This document shows, piece after piece, positions 38,162-53,052 of a DNA stretch of 64,000 bases. Source of the DNA: Nymphaea colorata (lineage: Eukaryota); the NCBI RefSeq assembly GCF_008831285.2, contig NC_045138.2, positions 5,022,001-5,086,000 on the forward strand. The letters run 5' to 3'. A model generated the notes under the pieces. The model saw only the letters and a program-made list of their open reading frames with translations. It searched no databases and was not told the origin of the DNA. The first letter of the stretch is position 1. Each line of letters begins with the position of its first letter. The position numbers were made by a program, and so were the translations under genes.

Positions 38162-39229
38162 GTTGTACGTAAAGTTGGATCAGAATTTGTCCCTCAAAGC
38201 CTATAAAAAACACGAGCCCAGCCTGGTCTGTCTATTTAATTGGTCAGGTTATGTTCGATCCGTGGCTCAGCTTAAAAGTAATATGCAAATAAAGAGAAGT
38301 CTTGATCCGGCTTAAACCCAAAATCCTTTTGATATGAGAACTGTGGATGTAAGAGCAGATTCTCCCCCTCTAATTTTAAATCAGACCTTTTCTAAATGCT
38401 AGTTTGATGAACCATGGATTTATTAATCAAACGCTATGTATTCTTCTTATCCTTGCTTTTCTCGTTCTCAAACTTGCTTTCACCTTAACCTGGCAACGGA
38501 TCCACAACACTAGTAATTTGATATAGGTTACAATAAATAAAATAAAAAACTTTTAAAATGAATGGCCCCAGTGAAAATGTTTTAAAAGTTTTATTCTTTT
38601 ATATACTTTGGCAGTATTTTCTTTAATTTTTCGTTTTTCAAAAAAAAAAAAAAAGCTTTGCTAAGCTTTTTTTTCATGTTTGGTTAAGTGGGAGTGGTTA
38701 CCACAACCTTCTTTCCGCTTCATTCACCATACAAGTGTGCACTGTTCACCAAGGACTTGTTTGGTAAATATTACACTTCGTAAATGTTTACATAAATCTG
38801 TTTAAATTTTTAACGTAGATTCATAAAATACTCACAGCAGAGTGTTCTAACTTTTCTTGGATCAGAACAGTTCTGATTAATACACCTCAACTCCATTGAA
38901 AGGGACAACACTATGTTATAGAATTAATGGCTCAAAATGAGTTGCTTGAATCTTTCACACATTGGGGCCATATCCAGAAGCAGCATGGAATAAGTACCCC
39001 ACAGAGTGAACCCAAATTCAGATTGTTCGTGGGAAAGGACTAAAGAGTAGAATTCCAGCACCCAAAGTGTTGTCAGAAAATTGCTAGATTTTTCATTAAT
39101 TGAGGCTGATAGCACGACAAGACTACAATTTACATTTCTGATTTCCCAACTATAAACAAGAAAGCAAGTTCCCTCACCAGCTATTATGATAACTAGAACG
39201 GTAAAAAATGGAATCACAGTGCGTAAGCC

Positions 39230-42200
39230 TCAGCTGTTCTTTACCGGCCCTCCACTTTGAGAACCAATTATCTGGGAACTGGATTTCTGTTGGTTGCTTA
39301 CAGCATTTGTACTGTTAGTCACCTGCTTGTTAAACAGGCTGAATTCTGTATTGCCGCCTGGTTCTATTTCGGGCTTAGTCTTCGGTTTCTTTTTCAAAAG
39401 CGCGACATCTACCCTGTGCCACTCTTCAGTGTCATCCATGCTGGTAACTATGCCTGGCTTCGCGTTATCCGGCTTCAGCTTGACCAGAGAGCCTGCATTT
39501 GTCGACACATTGACATTTTTGTTGAGTGCAGATGGTAGTGTTTGGTTTTCAAGGAGGCTCAACCCTTGAGAATTGTCCGTGGCAGGTCTCTCTTGCATGG
39601 CACGTGAATGTGTGAACGATGTAGGATCTGTCACAACATTCCCCGCACCTCTCATGCTCTCCTCTGTCCTTGCAGAAGAAAACTTCTTCCTCTTGACCTT
39701 TTCTCCATTCTGAAAAATAATTTGAAATATCTTATGTTAATTAGAACTAAAACATACTACATGTAGGAGAAAGAACATGCAACAGCTTCATAAGATCATC
39801 GAGGAGTTTGCTACAATAGAAGGAAACCACAAAAGAGTAACACAGGCTTTGATTGGAAATTTTGATCAATAAAGGGGTGAATAATAACCAACTCAGGTCT
39901 AATGGAGAAACCCAGGATTGTTTACAACCAGTTGGTGTCGTTGTAGACTATAAGCAACATCAGGGATACCACTTCCTAAACAACTGGGACAAAAAAAAAA
40001 CACAAAAACAACTGGAACAAAAGAAAACCGAGCATCCAGTTACTTAACAGAAACTGCAGTTTGTACAACTAATCATAGTTCAATCGAATGTGCTAAAATT
40101 GCAGTACGACTAGCCAATGCCAATTAAATGCTGCTAGTGCACTTATATAAAAACAATATGTCAGCAAATGCATAAAAAAAATTAAGGTTGACAGGATAAA
40201 TTAAAGAGTAGAAAAAGATAAAAAAGCCTCTACTTGGGAGAAGAACTGTGTAAACGTAAAATGCTAACTGGGGATCTCTATCCGGTCAAATGACAACCAC
40301 GAATTAGCAACTAATAATTGCACATCTGTCTGAGGTTACAAAAAATGTGGCAGTAAATATAAGCTGCTCAAAAGGGGGAGAAAAGAAAATAAGACATGAT
40401 CCAGATGTATCAACATGGAAATCAAATTTAATGAATGAAGCTGATAAAAATAGAGATAAGTTTTCACTTTTCAATAAAAAATAACGAAAGGATAAATTAG
40501 CACGGACAGTTAATGTCAGCATCACAGATCACTAGTACCTGTAGATTTGAAGCTCCCTTTTTCCGCTCCTTAGCTCTGCCAACAGCTTCTTTGATTGCAT
40601 GGTTGTCCATCCAGCCTTCTGGCCACAATTCAGCCAGCTGAAAAGGGAATCAAAATTGTCAACTAAGCAAAATGACTGTTTGTAAGTCAAAAATAGCTAT
40701 CAAAAAACTAATCTATGCATTTCTTTTGTTGTTGTTGCTGCTGTCCCTTTTCCTTTTTTCTTTTTTTTTTGGGGGGGGCGGGGGGGGGGGTTGGCGGTGG
40801 GTTTTGTGGTGGTGTTGGGTTGGGGAGCCCATACATATTCGAGTATATGTGCACAGATCACCAGACCACTAACAAAGCAATGCTCAAGAGACATTGGTTC
40901 TAGCACCAAAAGGAACTTGAAATAAGGGAGACTACAATGAAGCGTAGGTTTTACATTCCCCTGCTTTCTTCTCATTCATATTTCAAAAATCTCAGTGCTA
41001 TGACAAGTGGTTGCTATAGAGCAAAGGTAACAGGATAGCAAGTGACTGTCGTACCTCCACATATAATTTTCTCATTTGTGGCCCTTTATCTTCCTCCATC
41101 CCCTGAAAAACAAACTGTTATTGCAGAAGAGAAGGTTTAGATGAAGAGGCATACGATATTTCAGACATGGTTTGTTACCTCAGTATATAGATCGCAGAGA
41201 TCATAAAGTTTATCTTCTGTAACACTATCAATTCTGTATTTTCCTCTAAGAGATTCTTTATCATCAGAGCCGAGTGTTTCCTGGAAAAAAATGCAATTTG
41301 GTTACCGATCCATAAACATTTGTTCTATTAGAGCTTCTACAAGGGAATCCAGATTTGACAAGACTAGCATATACAAGCAAGTTTGCATTGCTGATCATGA
41401 GACCAGAAATTTCCAATCACATATATAAAAATATTTTTCAGATTCAAAAAAATTAAACAAACCAAGAACCATGTTGACAAGATACTCTTTGAACATTAAG
41501 CAAGCAGTTACTAGTCAAAGGAACTAGAAAATAATGCCAAGAAAACTACCTTGGACTTAAACGAGGAGACACGTGCCCTTATCATCTCTGTGACTTCTCT
41601 CTTGATTTGCTGGAATCTATCTTCCTTTTCTTGTTTGGCTGAGAGTCCTAATTCAACCATCTCTTTCAAGTTTCTCTACAAAAAAGTTTGATTCTTAGCT
41701 GATTGGTGCCTATAAAATAATCAAATAATTGAACTGCTTTACTTACATTTTTGACAGAGAAAGACAGTGTAAAACAGAAATATAACTAGTAGAAGCAAGC
41801 ACAAGCATATGGCCACCAACTCAAGAATGGCAAGGCATTGAAATATCGAACTGCCACAAGAAGCCACTCCCAAGATATAGCAAGATGAAAGATTCTTACC
41901 AAGTTTTGTATTACTGTGAATATTAATACGGAACCCTGCATGTAGGTAATTCTTATGTACACCCAAGCATCAACTAAGTTCTAAACTTGAATTTGTTCTT
42001 ACAAGCAGATTAGTGAAATCCTATGTCACATAGGTACGGGTACGGGTGCTGGTGGGGGTACCGGTACTGACCATTTGCAAAAAACTTGGGTACGGGGGTA
42101 TGGCTGTATATATATATAAACAATAAAAAATACTTAGAAAATATGTATCAAAATAAAGAATATACATCAACATAAATAAATAAATAACGTAGAAAATAAT

Positions 42201-45200
42201 ATCAACGGCTCTAGCAGCAGTGTGTTTAAGAAACCTATGAAAAACTTTAAACATATGAATAACCAAGCAGCCCCCTAGTCAAATATCAACATCAATCGAA
42301 TTTTCACATCCAAAGAATAGAATAAGAAGTAAGGTGAAAAAAATTAAATCAAAGTAAAATTAAGCAGTTTGGATTTATAGATACCCAAGTGTCAAAGTAC
42401 TCATTTTGTGTACGGATACGGCGACACGGGTACGTGGACCTTATTGAAGTACCCATGTGACTTAGGTGAAATCACACCTTGTACTCGTAGCTCTTGAACA
42501 AAATATTTGCCATCGATGGTTGTCAGGCTCAATTTACAAGACTAAGTAAAGATTAAACATCACATCTGCCAGTTAGTGCTTGTAGGGTTTTTACTAGACT
42601 ACTAGTATCCAAGATGGTGACTCCCAGAACATAGTAGAAGGATGAAATATTCAGATCAACTTTTGTATTAGCAGGAAGATTAGTAGAGAACCCTGCATGT
42701 AGAATAACTTGCATGCATCAACTGAGTTCTAAAATTGCACTTGGTTATACAAGCAGCTAGGTGAAATCACACCTGGCACCTCCCAGCTCTTCACCAAACT
42801 ATTTGACATCAAGGGTTATCAGACATAACTCACAAGACTAAGATAAGATTAAACATCACATACACCAGACAAAGCTTGTATGATTTTATCGAAGATGGCG
42901 ACACAAATCAGAAACAATAGAAGACTTTCCATGCAATAGACTAATTCTTAATAAAAGTGTTAATGGCTAGATTCAACTAAGTACATCTCAAACGTGATTT
43001 GGTTTTGCCCAGTACAGTCATGAAAACCAAAACCTGAAAACATTAACATACATAGTCTTGAAAAGATCACATATGGGTTTAAGTCACAACCTTAGAGTGC
43101 AAAAAACCATGTGCTGCAAGCTAGAACTTTCAATTAAAAGGAACCATGTCTTTCCCAGCATTTCATGCCAGATCTATAAAAAGATCTCAGAAAATGCTAT
43201 AAAGAATTAGGACATTTCACTAACTTGAGAAGGCCCTGGTTTCTACGAATTGAATTCATCAAGGATGCAGCCAGCAATCTTGCCAATATAGTGAAGAATC
43301 AATGTTTCTAACAACCTAATTATCTCACGCTGGCTTTTACCATAGTCATTGTAAATGCAGTCTGTATACATAGAAGATCAACAGGAACATTTTGCTTGTG
43401 AGAAGAAAAAAAAAACACCAACAAAAGGTCAGCAAATGCTCTGAACTGCCTGCACATTGAATCACCCAACTTACTTCACTACAACTATTGCTTTTTACAT
43501 GAACTTTTCAGTCTCTTAAAAGAAATGGTAGAGATCCTCCATGATCATTAATGAAGCATGAAATTTCTGAACATAAGGTGGCATACTGGCATTGGATCTA
43601 AAAGAAATGGTAGACATCCTCCATGATCATCCATGAAGCATGAAATTTCTGAACATAAGGTGGCATACTGGCATTGGATCTAAAGAAATGGTAGAGATCC
43701 TCCATGATCATCCATGAAGCATGAAATTTCTGAACATAAGGTGGCATAAAATTTCTGAAGCATGATCACTTCATATATGATTTGATCTCACAATCTGCAA
43801 ACTATGCTTTCTATTCTTAGATCAGGCCATTTGACAAAGTAAAATAGCAACATGAGGATCTTGTAGATCATAGACCCTTTAGTTTGATAAACTACGGATT
43901 TAGAGGAGGACATCTGGCCATATCAACAAAGTTATGCCACAGATCCATGGTCTGAAGATATTAGTCTTCCAACACTTCCTGAAGAAACACATGAGAAGTA
44001 CAAAGAAGAAAGCAGTATGACCAGGAAATCGAAAGAATCAAGGTCTTTGTCAAAAGCAGAATAATAGCTTTCTTTACTCTTTTATTGTTTTTCAAAGAAA
44101 AATAGGTTTTCTTTGTCACTTCAGTATTAATAATCTTCCTATTGTAAAATTACCAGCTAGACAAATCACCACTTGTTAATAGAAAATTGTATACCAAACA
44201 AGACAGGAAAGAAACCATCCAGCTATTAACATGCAATCTCTATCCTTTTCAGTTCAACCATGTCATAAGGATATGTTTAACTTGTTCAAGGACGTAAAAC
44301 CAGGCGGTCCCAGGTCAACTCAATGTGCAGACAAATCCACATTTATAATCTTAACCTGGAGGTGCATATTAAACAAGAAAGAGTACTTATTTTCTGAACT
44401 GTAGCTACCTATATCTACAAATGCAGCCTTATGAACCAGCAATAGCTGCTTTCACGTCTTCATACTTATCACCTATAAGTCTATGTAGCAATTGTATATT
44501 TGTAATTGTACCATCACATAAATCAGAATCAGTGACCAATTTTTGAAAAATAAAAAAGGACTTCCATAGTCCTTTCTTGAAAACATTAATATTCCTGCAA
44601 AGATAAAGTTCCATCATTTTTTCTTTAAGACATATCAGCTCATTTTATCTTCAAAGAAAAATTGTTAAGAAGAACCAATGATCCCACGAAATCATTATTA
44701 CAACCATGCCACAACACTCAAGTGAACCAACAAACATGTGGCTGTGTAACAGAAATAAAAAACATATAGAAAAATTCTTATCAAAGAGATGTCAAATTTC
44801 CAGGCCTATACGCAGATGTACAGTTATACCCAAAAGCAATCAGTTGCGGCAAATTGAAGTTTAGTTATATGACAGAAGACATTTAAAATTCAAAGGAGTA
44901 ACACAGAATAATGCAAACAAAACACAAGGGTAATTCAGGCAATCTACTACAACGGAAGGATATTCAGAGACATGCACTTAGATTAAATCACAACACTCCC
45001 CAACACAATCATGTTACCTTCAAAGTTTTTAGTTGAACCAAGTGTCCAAGGATGCTCATAAGACGATAAATTAGCTCATCTGAGATCATCCCCTGGCTAG
45101 ATTGCTGCATCAAATTTTAAACATTTTAAACATTATCAGTTATTCATCAACATATAAAAATGAATAAATAAATCAAGGAAGCCAGCTATGCAGCTACCGC

Positions 45201-48200
45201 TAATCTTGCCACTTTAGCAAGTTTCTGTTTAACTTCACGAGGCAATCTCCTTTTAACACCCTGAAATGCAGGATCATTTTCTTGAACATCCATAGTAGGT
45301 GGCCTTGCTGTGGGAAAAGGTGCCCATTAAAAAAGTGAAAATGCCATCAACACCATAAAGAGAGGAGAAGGAAAAAAAATGAATATCAGAACCAATCTCA
45401 CATTCTGCAACTTTTTTCTCTAATTCACGAATGGCTCGCTCCAACATTGTCCCTTTTGGCTTTAATCCAGAACCTTCTTTTGGCATGGATTGCACCTTCT
45501 GCCAGCGGCCAGCATGTATATGGTCATTTTTAACCACAATAATCAATTAGCTGATTTATGGTATTAATAAAGAGCTGTATCAGAACATAAAAACAGTTTA
45601 ACAGGAAATAAACCCTTTATACTTCTGATTTCATTTGAAAAAGTGCATCAAAAATGATTTCAAAACCTTGAGAGTCATCATATGCATATGTACTAGTGTT
45701 GGTATGCTGATGCTTACTCAAAAAAAGGCCTAAAACTCTAAAAGGAAGTGAGCAGAATAAGTAACATTTTTGTGTCTAGACCAACAATTGGAGATTGATT
45801 CCAAAGTCAGCATATAAGAAACTCAAGTGTGGGCTCAGTTAACTCCTTTGTCAATGTTTTCTTACCTTTAAGGAATACTTTGGAAAAGATAAAAAAGAGA
45901 AAGGAAAGATCAAGTGCGAGTGCCAACCCCATCAGCCACTTATTAGAAAATTTTATATTATGCATATGTGGTGACAGCTCATTTATGGGCATCAGCTTCT
46001 TGTTACAAGCCATAGTAAATTTAGTCATGAATGAACAGAAAATTACTAAGAAAATATTTTCCAACTTTCTGAATAAGAAAATTAGACATGGACCTATATA
46101 ATCTAGAAATAAGTGTGCTCCAAACTGCAAATATGCACAAATATGGATGCATTGTCATGTGTATATGTTTGACATTGAACTTCAGTTAGAAGACAGGGTG
46201 GAGATTGGAAACCACAAGACCAAGTCATCCAACCATAAGCATGTTCAAGCTCCATGCTTTGAAAATGAGTCTAGATTTACCAATGATGGGTATACATACC
46301 CAAAAGAGAACCAATTCATCTCAAACTCCGGAATAAATCTATAAGCTATCCAATCATATCAGACTCTGGCCAAAAGGTCAAAAGTGCACAAGAAGCACAC
46401 ACTAAAAGGGCCAGATTACCCAAACTGCTTAAGCATGAAAAGGATCATCAACTTCCAATCAAGACCCATTGGGCATATATTAGTTGGAGCTTTATCCACT
46501 CACACCAGCTAGACCTAAATTTAACATGAAGGACAGAGCTTTTTAGTCAAGGGAAAAAAGGAATCTCTACAAATCCATGACCTAACGAAGAAACATGTCA
46601 AAAATTTATATGTGAATGACACATAAACACACAGGGACACATGCCACATCCATGGTGCATGCACCCATGTACTCCTTGACAGGAAAAGGAACTCAAGACC
46701 AAGAGTTTTATGACCAACAGGTATGCCAGATACAGGAAACTTCTTTTATCTTACCCAAAAAGTAAGAATCTTCTTTTTGTTATAACTAACAACCCATTTG
46801 ATCCTTCATTGGGAAACAACCCATTTGGTTCTTCATTATCTGGATATATAAGCCATGCTTGCCAAATTACTACTTTCCATGTGAACATTCTGACAGGATT
46901 TAGGTACTTCGCTGGTTCCAACTTTACAAAGTATTATGTTATGGCAACATATCTGGTATAGCATGTCCATTAAGAACCTAAAAACGAAGAACCTCTTACC
47001 AAAATCATGCTATGACATCCATGCCATTTTGGTGAAGATTTAAAAAGATAATTCACAACATGCATCCTTCCAGACATATTCATGACAGAAATCAGTACTT
47101 ACCAACTTTTGTGTTGGATACTTCCCACTGCTATAGCGTGAACCAGCTAAATCATAATGTCTTGCAACTTTTTCTTTGTGTCGAATCTTGGAGGTCATAG
47201 CAAGTTCATGAGAATCTCTGACGTACTTCCTTGAAAGGTTTTCAACTTGAACGGAGCTACCCTTTTCAGGAAAAACCTGATGACCAGAGTCCAAAGGTTC
47301 AACAGTCCCAGCAATTTTACCAGCACTTTCTTTTGAAAGGACAGCTCCGATATTCTGTTTCTCACCATCTTTAATCTCCACATGGGAGGCCAAAGCATCC
47401 CTTCCTGGCAATTGTGCAGACCAGGAACTTTCAGAAGTGATGGTGACATCAACATGTTTTGGTTTGGGTGGTCCAGTCATGCTTGGAGGATTAAGTGAGG
47501 ATTTTGAATCACGATGATGATCATTTCCAGCTAAGGAAGTTTCAGGTGCGATAGATGGTTTATTTACCACCAATGAGGGATTTCTAGCAGCAGTTTTCAT
47601 GCGCACACCACCCACTTTTACCAGTTTCCTTGACATCTGTTCAGCTTCCTTTTCACCAATTCCTTTATTTAAATCTTTCCTCCTACGCTTCTTCTGTTGA
47701 TGATGAAGAGATGGCAAAGGTTCGGCTCTGGTCAGCAAAAGATTAAAATCGAGTGATCAGAAATGAATCCCCCATTTTAGAAAATCAAGTAACTGTAAGT
47801 GCTGAGCCATCCCGAGTGGCAACAACAAATTAAAGATAAAATCTCAACTAGCGAACAGAAATTATCTAAGTGTCTCAATTGGAGAGCTCAAAGGTCTGAA
47901 TTGGAGAGCTCAAAAAAGCCATCAATGAAGTATTCAGTTACAAATGAGCATTTCAGCGGTAAAACAAAGATAGCAAAATTATGTTTGTGTATTCTTAAGA
48001 GCATAAATATGATGAAATAAGAAAGATCACAAGTCCAATGAAAATGTAAAAGAGTAACTGTCACGTCCCAATGCGTTCTACCTCTGGCTAGTAAAAGGGC
48101 CCAAAGCATGCTCTGTGAAAACCCAAGAGGACGGGCACAGGAAAGGGGGGGGCAATGGCCTCTCTTAGGGGCGGTGGAATGAACCACTCACCCTTAAAAA

Positions 48201-51200
48201 AAAAAGAACAAACAAAATATGAAATATGTATACATGAGAGGGAACATGCACCAGAGTAAATTTCAAAGAATAATCTCAAGATACAGGATTTTTATGACAG
48301 GTCAGAATAACGTGTTTCAACTGCATCCAACAGCTTTGTAAGTACCATGTCTGAGAAGGCAAACTGATAGATTATTAAATACAGGCTTCTGCTGAAGAAA
48401 AAAGAGAAGACAACTCAGAGCTCATGATTGGTCAAGAAAGAGAAGTCAATGAAGAAAATGTGTCTAAAATCAACACGAAATCAAAACATGGATACACACA
48501 AGCATCGTTTCATACATCTGTGTGTGCTCTCATCTATTAGCACACAGCAGGTCTCGTTCATTTGCTAGAAAAGATGGGATATAAATCAGAAACACGCCTA
48601 ATACATAGGCCAGCAAGGCATGAATTAAATGGAACTAACATTCTACACAACTCAGATGGAAGAAGGAACGACTTTCATCTGAAGCTTCAAATCAATAGCA
48701 GAACACCAGGAGCTATGCAGGTGTCTATTAACCCAAGTTAACAGGATTTATATAACAGGGGTGTGATGTGTCTTTGCTTTCATAAGATTGTAGTCACAGC
48801 CTCACATGGAGCTCTACCAGTCATGGACATGGTTAGCTTTCTCTTTGAAATTATACATTAATTAAAATGCCAACATAGTTACATACAATCAACCAAGCAT
48901 TATCACAAATTATAGATCACTGTTGTTTAACTGCAGGTTTTTATCAATTATGTTTTGGCAAAGTTGCTTTTTTTGGGAAAATTTAAGGAAAATGAAAAAA
49001 AAAATCTAAAAATCAGGTATAGATAAAATAAATGAAAAACTCAAAAAATAGATAAAATGATAAAAATAATGTTTTAATGATGATAAAAACAATGATAAAT
49101 AACTCCATTTAAGTTTAACATTGGATTCATGATGATATTGATGTAAAAAAAAATGAGAAAAACAACAAAAGGAAAAAAGAACACGATAAAAACATGATAA
49201 ATTTATTTTCTGTTTTTTTTTTAGTCTTTTTCCACATTTTCTTTGTTTTTATCATTCTGCTCGTAAATATCACAATTTTTCAAAAATATTGGGACATCTG
49301 TGACAATGCTGAACCAAGGACCAAAGAAAATGGAATCCCCATTCTCAACTACCTCAGCTACCAGTGAAGCTCAAACACAAGATACATGACACCAAAGGTT
49401 AGTTAATAACTTAATAAGATTTGCTAACTCTTCTTAAACAGACAATAGAGTAATAAGAACTTACATATGGTGCATAAGAATAAAATTCAGAAGGAAAAGC
49501 AAATACTTACGTTTTTTCAAGCTTCCCCCTGTTCACAAAGAAGCCGCTGTGCTTTGTTTGCAACTTATCAACCTGGAAGTACTCATCCTAGAAATGACAC
49601 AATTTTTCAGTGGAAGCAGAAATCAACCAATGCAAATTATCTATTCATAGTTTAACTTCTTGTGATAATGTAAACTTCAAACAGCATGAAGCATCAATAT
49701 TAATGCAAAAAAGACATCAACCCAAATTATCCATTCATGGTTAAATAATTTAAACCTCAAAAACTTCAAGCACTAACGTTTATGCATTCCCTATCTTAAG
49801 ATTTTACCCCTTGTTTATATTATAGGCAAAAATCTTATTGTATCCCAAGCCTTAGCTTGCCCTCAATCATGATCACCGGCTACACCAACCTATAACCTAA
49901 AGTGATATAAAAGCAGTCACATGATTACAAGAGAAGCAAGTCAATTAGTTATTAAGATAACTGATCACCTACTGGTCATTTCCTCCTTCAAGTCTAGCTG
50001 GTGGGCAGATTATAATAAGTCCCTGCTAAGCCGCAATCCAACTCTGACACATTCCACCAAATAGGTAATATTCAGAAATGCATTAGACATACAAGAATGT
50101 GTGCTTCTCGACCTCACGTTTTCTTGGATTCACTTCAAGTCCTCTTATGGTTATTCAATCACAAAATTTTATACTCAAAAACTATGTTTAGCTCCACATT
50201 GATCATCCAAATTGACCCGTTCTGCTGCTTCCCCAGATTCCAATTTTCTGCCTTACTTGGTTGACATTTTGCAACACCAGAAGCTGTTCATATATTGCAC
50301 ATCTCTACTAGTTGGAAATAATTTGCCAGTTTTTTGGCAACTATCTTCCGTAAACTTCAATTCTATAAGCAGTAGCAACTGACATGTTTGAATACAACGA
50401 AGAGAAACTTTCATCAAGAACTTAGAAATTTTATATGACCTTAATGCAATTAAAGGGTTAATTCTAAGTGTTGATATAAAATTTTCTATATTTGAGAAGC
50501 TTTTATGTGCACAGAATCTTCTTTACCATTCCACAAAGATCAGAAATACTTGCTGGATATAAATCATGTCATGCTGGAAATTGGAACTGATAGCTATACA
50601 GTATACACATAGAAATAAATGATGAACGAATAGTATTCAAGATGGTGCTAGGATTATTTGCCTCCAGTTTGAAGATCAAACAGAAAGTTCCATCAGGTTT
50701 CTTATGAAAGAGAGAATGAACTTCGTAAAAACATGAAACAGGAGCCAATATTGCATGAAGGACTCTGCCATAGCGTCAAGCTTATAGAGCAAGGCGAAGG
50801 CATCACCATGGCATTAGGTACCATAAGAATGCTTAAATGCTTACTAGTTCTGTATCATCTATAAAGGAATCCTCAGTATCATATTGGTCATCATCAGGAG
50901 CATCATCAAGCTCCTCCTCATCACTACTATGTGCACCCTGCAAGTCAAAGTGGAACAGGATTCAGGAGACAAGACAACGAGGAGAACTACAGAAGTTCCT
51001 CAGTTTATTGTTTCTGTTAGCAGGTATACTAGACCTTAATCAATGTAACAAAAATAAGGTATTATTAAGCTAGTTGTAAGCTTATCAAGGAAAACGAAAC
51101 CCTAAGATATTCAAAATAATGTCAAAAAAAGCACCTTGTATAGCCGTTCAATCTTCTCTATAACAGCACTGAACCGATTTTGAGGAGGCATTGCATCCTT

Positions 51201-53012
51201 GAGCTCACGATCCCCAGAAAGAGACTGTGGCAAAATACATTCATCTCAACCATGTTATCAGCATTACTTGTTCAAAGAATCTAATAGCAATAACTTGAAA
51301 ATCTCAAATGCACAAACCATATGTCAAGCTGCATATGGGATGTGCTAGGCACATACTGAATGTGCTATTTATTACAACAGTGCTAAGGAATGAAACATTT
51401 GTCCAGTAACCTCTTAAAATTCGTATGATGGCACAAGTATAAAACGTTATGGGATGCATTCTACCACTTATCTTGATCTACATGAGGAAAAGATCATTGC
51501 GATGGCCTAAAATCTACTCTGCCTGGAAAAACAGGAGAAAAGTTATAATGGTGATGAAACAAATTTTTTTGTTCTCAAAAAATCAATTTCAGAGTCTTGA
51601 AGTGAAAAAAGCAAGTTGGACAGGATTTGAAGATCTATTACATGTTCCTGCTCAAGATAATCCAGTATTTTTCCTGAGGCGAACGCTTCATTTGATGCGA
51701 CAAATTGCCTAATTCATACTTGTAGAGGTTGCATGAATTCAACCTTCACTTATTTATGATGCCTCAACCGATATTACTACTTGATGGAGATCAAATATCA
51801 TGCCAATTACCATGTTACTACATTCTTGACAACTATATTGATTAACTGATTACACTAGGTGTAAATAATGGTAAACAACTATAATCTGTTTTGGCAACAG
51901 AAATTGAAACGGGAAAGGTTACACCATCCCAAAAACATAATACAGCTTGTGCATAATAATTTGCGGAAACTTTAAACTATTATCAGGAAGAGTTTGTCGG
52001 TGACATCTATAAATCCAGCAAACTATAGCAAAATAAAATCCATAGGCAGAATAATAAACTCATCTACCACCACATACTGAGGAAGTTAGAACAAAAGCTA
52101 ACATTCTCAAGCACCAACATATGCATGACTACTTTGTGGAATTGCCTCTAAAGATAGACAGGAATTGAGGCATAGTTCTATAACTGAAGTTGAAGAACAA
52201 CGCTTTCTAGGACTCAAAGGTAAAGTGAAAAGAGACGCCAAGCAAAGTTAGCAAACACTGCCTCAACACAGTCAACTGAATTAGGTTCACGTCTTCAGGG
52301 AAACAATAAACAAACTATTTAAGATCATGTCACGGACACAACGATGTGAGAAATATCAATCCACAGTTTCCAACAGTCATCACAGTCAAGGATTGCCAAT
52401 CAATCAGTCTAAACATAGAATTGTTCCATAGTTTCCAGCTTATCTTTATTAATAGGTGAGCATAGTTGGACGTGTCTCCATATAAAAGCATACCAAATTT
52501 TGGCACCAGCCAAGAATATTCATGTACACGCGAAGTCATTTAAATATCGACCTGTAGACTCGGATTTACAAATCCATTGTTCTGTATGCTTGTATTGTAC
52601 AAAGAGCACAATGTGGCTTCTCAGCAGCATCAGAGACAAGCTATACACTCGACCAATATTGAATTGAATTTGATAAAGGAATTGCATTGCATTACAGTTA
52701 CAGAATTCAGCAAACAGTCTTTGATCAGTGTCGTAGCGAACGTATTCATAGAATGAACACACGGCGACAACTACATAATCAACCACGAAATCAGAGAAAG
52801 ATAAGGACAAGACCGTAGTTTACCTCCGGTGCAATCCGCGACTCCAGTGCCGGATGGGCTCCAGCGGGCGGTTCGGCACCAGCTGCAGGCTGAACCGCCT
52901 TAGCGGATTCCCTCGTCAGCTTCTTCCATGACACAATAGTGGTCTCCCCGGGCCTCAGATCAACGGAAAACCTCACTCTCTGGCTCACCCCCGTCGTTTT
53001 ATACTCCGCCAT
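39230..53012 (-). CDS. UBN: Ubinuclein (UBN1/UBN2; HIRA histone H3.3 chaperone complex subunit), about 740 aa. Exons 53012-52824, 51224-51135, 50937-50845, 49587-49511, 47727-47103, 45498-45402, 45307-45198, 45104-45018, 41675-41550, 41280-41179, 41102-41055, 40637-40539, 39709-39230
   Basis: N-terminal FSVDLRPGETTIVSWKKL, NRFSAVIEKIERLY, HUN/HRD motif YDTEDSFIDDTEL|DEYFQV...GFFVNRGKLE, and middle domain KGTMLERAIRELEKKVAE...KRRLPREVKQKLAKVARLA...LYVELAELWPEGWMDNHAIK. All introns are GT-AG, giving 2223 nt in frame. A missed micro-exon cannot be excluded. Confidence 0.92.
41861..42925. repeat. Diverged intronic tandem duplication (~295-bp unit, about 2 copies), first copy interrupted by a MITE
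   Basis: AACCCTGCATGTAG...GCATCAACT.AGTTCTAAA...TACAAGCAG...GTGAAATCACACCT...ACAAGACTAAG.AAGATTAAACATCACAT occurs twice. Confidence 0.8.
42021..42465. mobile_element. hAT-type MITE (CTATGTCACAT TIR) in UBN intron
   Basis: CTATGTCACATAGGTAC / GTACCCATGTGACTTAG with a perfect 8-bp TSD, GTGAAATC. Confidence 0.9.
43517..43748. repeat. Near-perfect tandem repeat, 82-bp unit x ~2.8, in UBN intron
   Basis: TAAAAGAAATGGTAGAGATCCTCCATGATCAT...GGCATTGGATC units start at 43517, 43599 and 43681. Confidence 0.95.
48070..48217 (+). mobile_element. 5'-truncated SINE candidate with A-rich tail, in UBN intron
   Basis: The body matches the reverse complement of 27946-28014. It ends GTGGAATGAACCACTCACCCTT followed by A10GAACAAACAAAA. 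Confidence 0.55.
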
Positions 53013-53052
53013 GGTACCTCTCCCTCTCCCTCTCTCTCCCCTTCTATCTCTC

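Noticed and set aside
43517..43748. CRISPR-like array
   Set aside because: Head-to-tail repeats without unique spacers, in a plant intron, with no cas genes.
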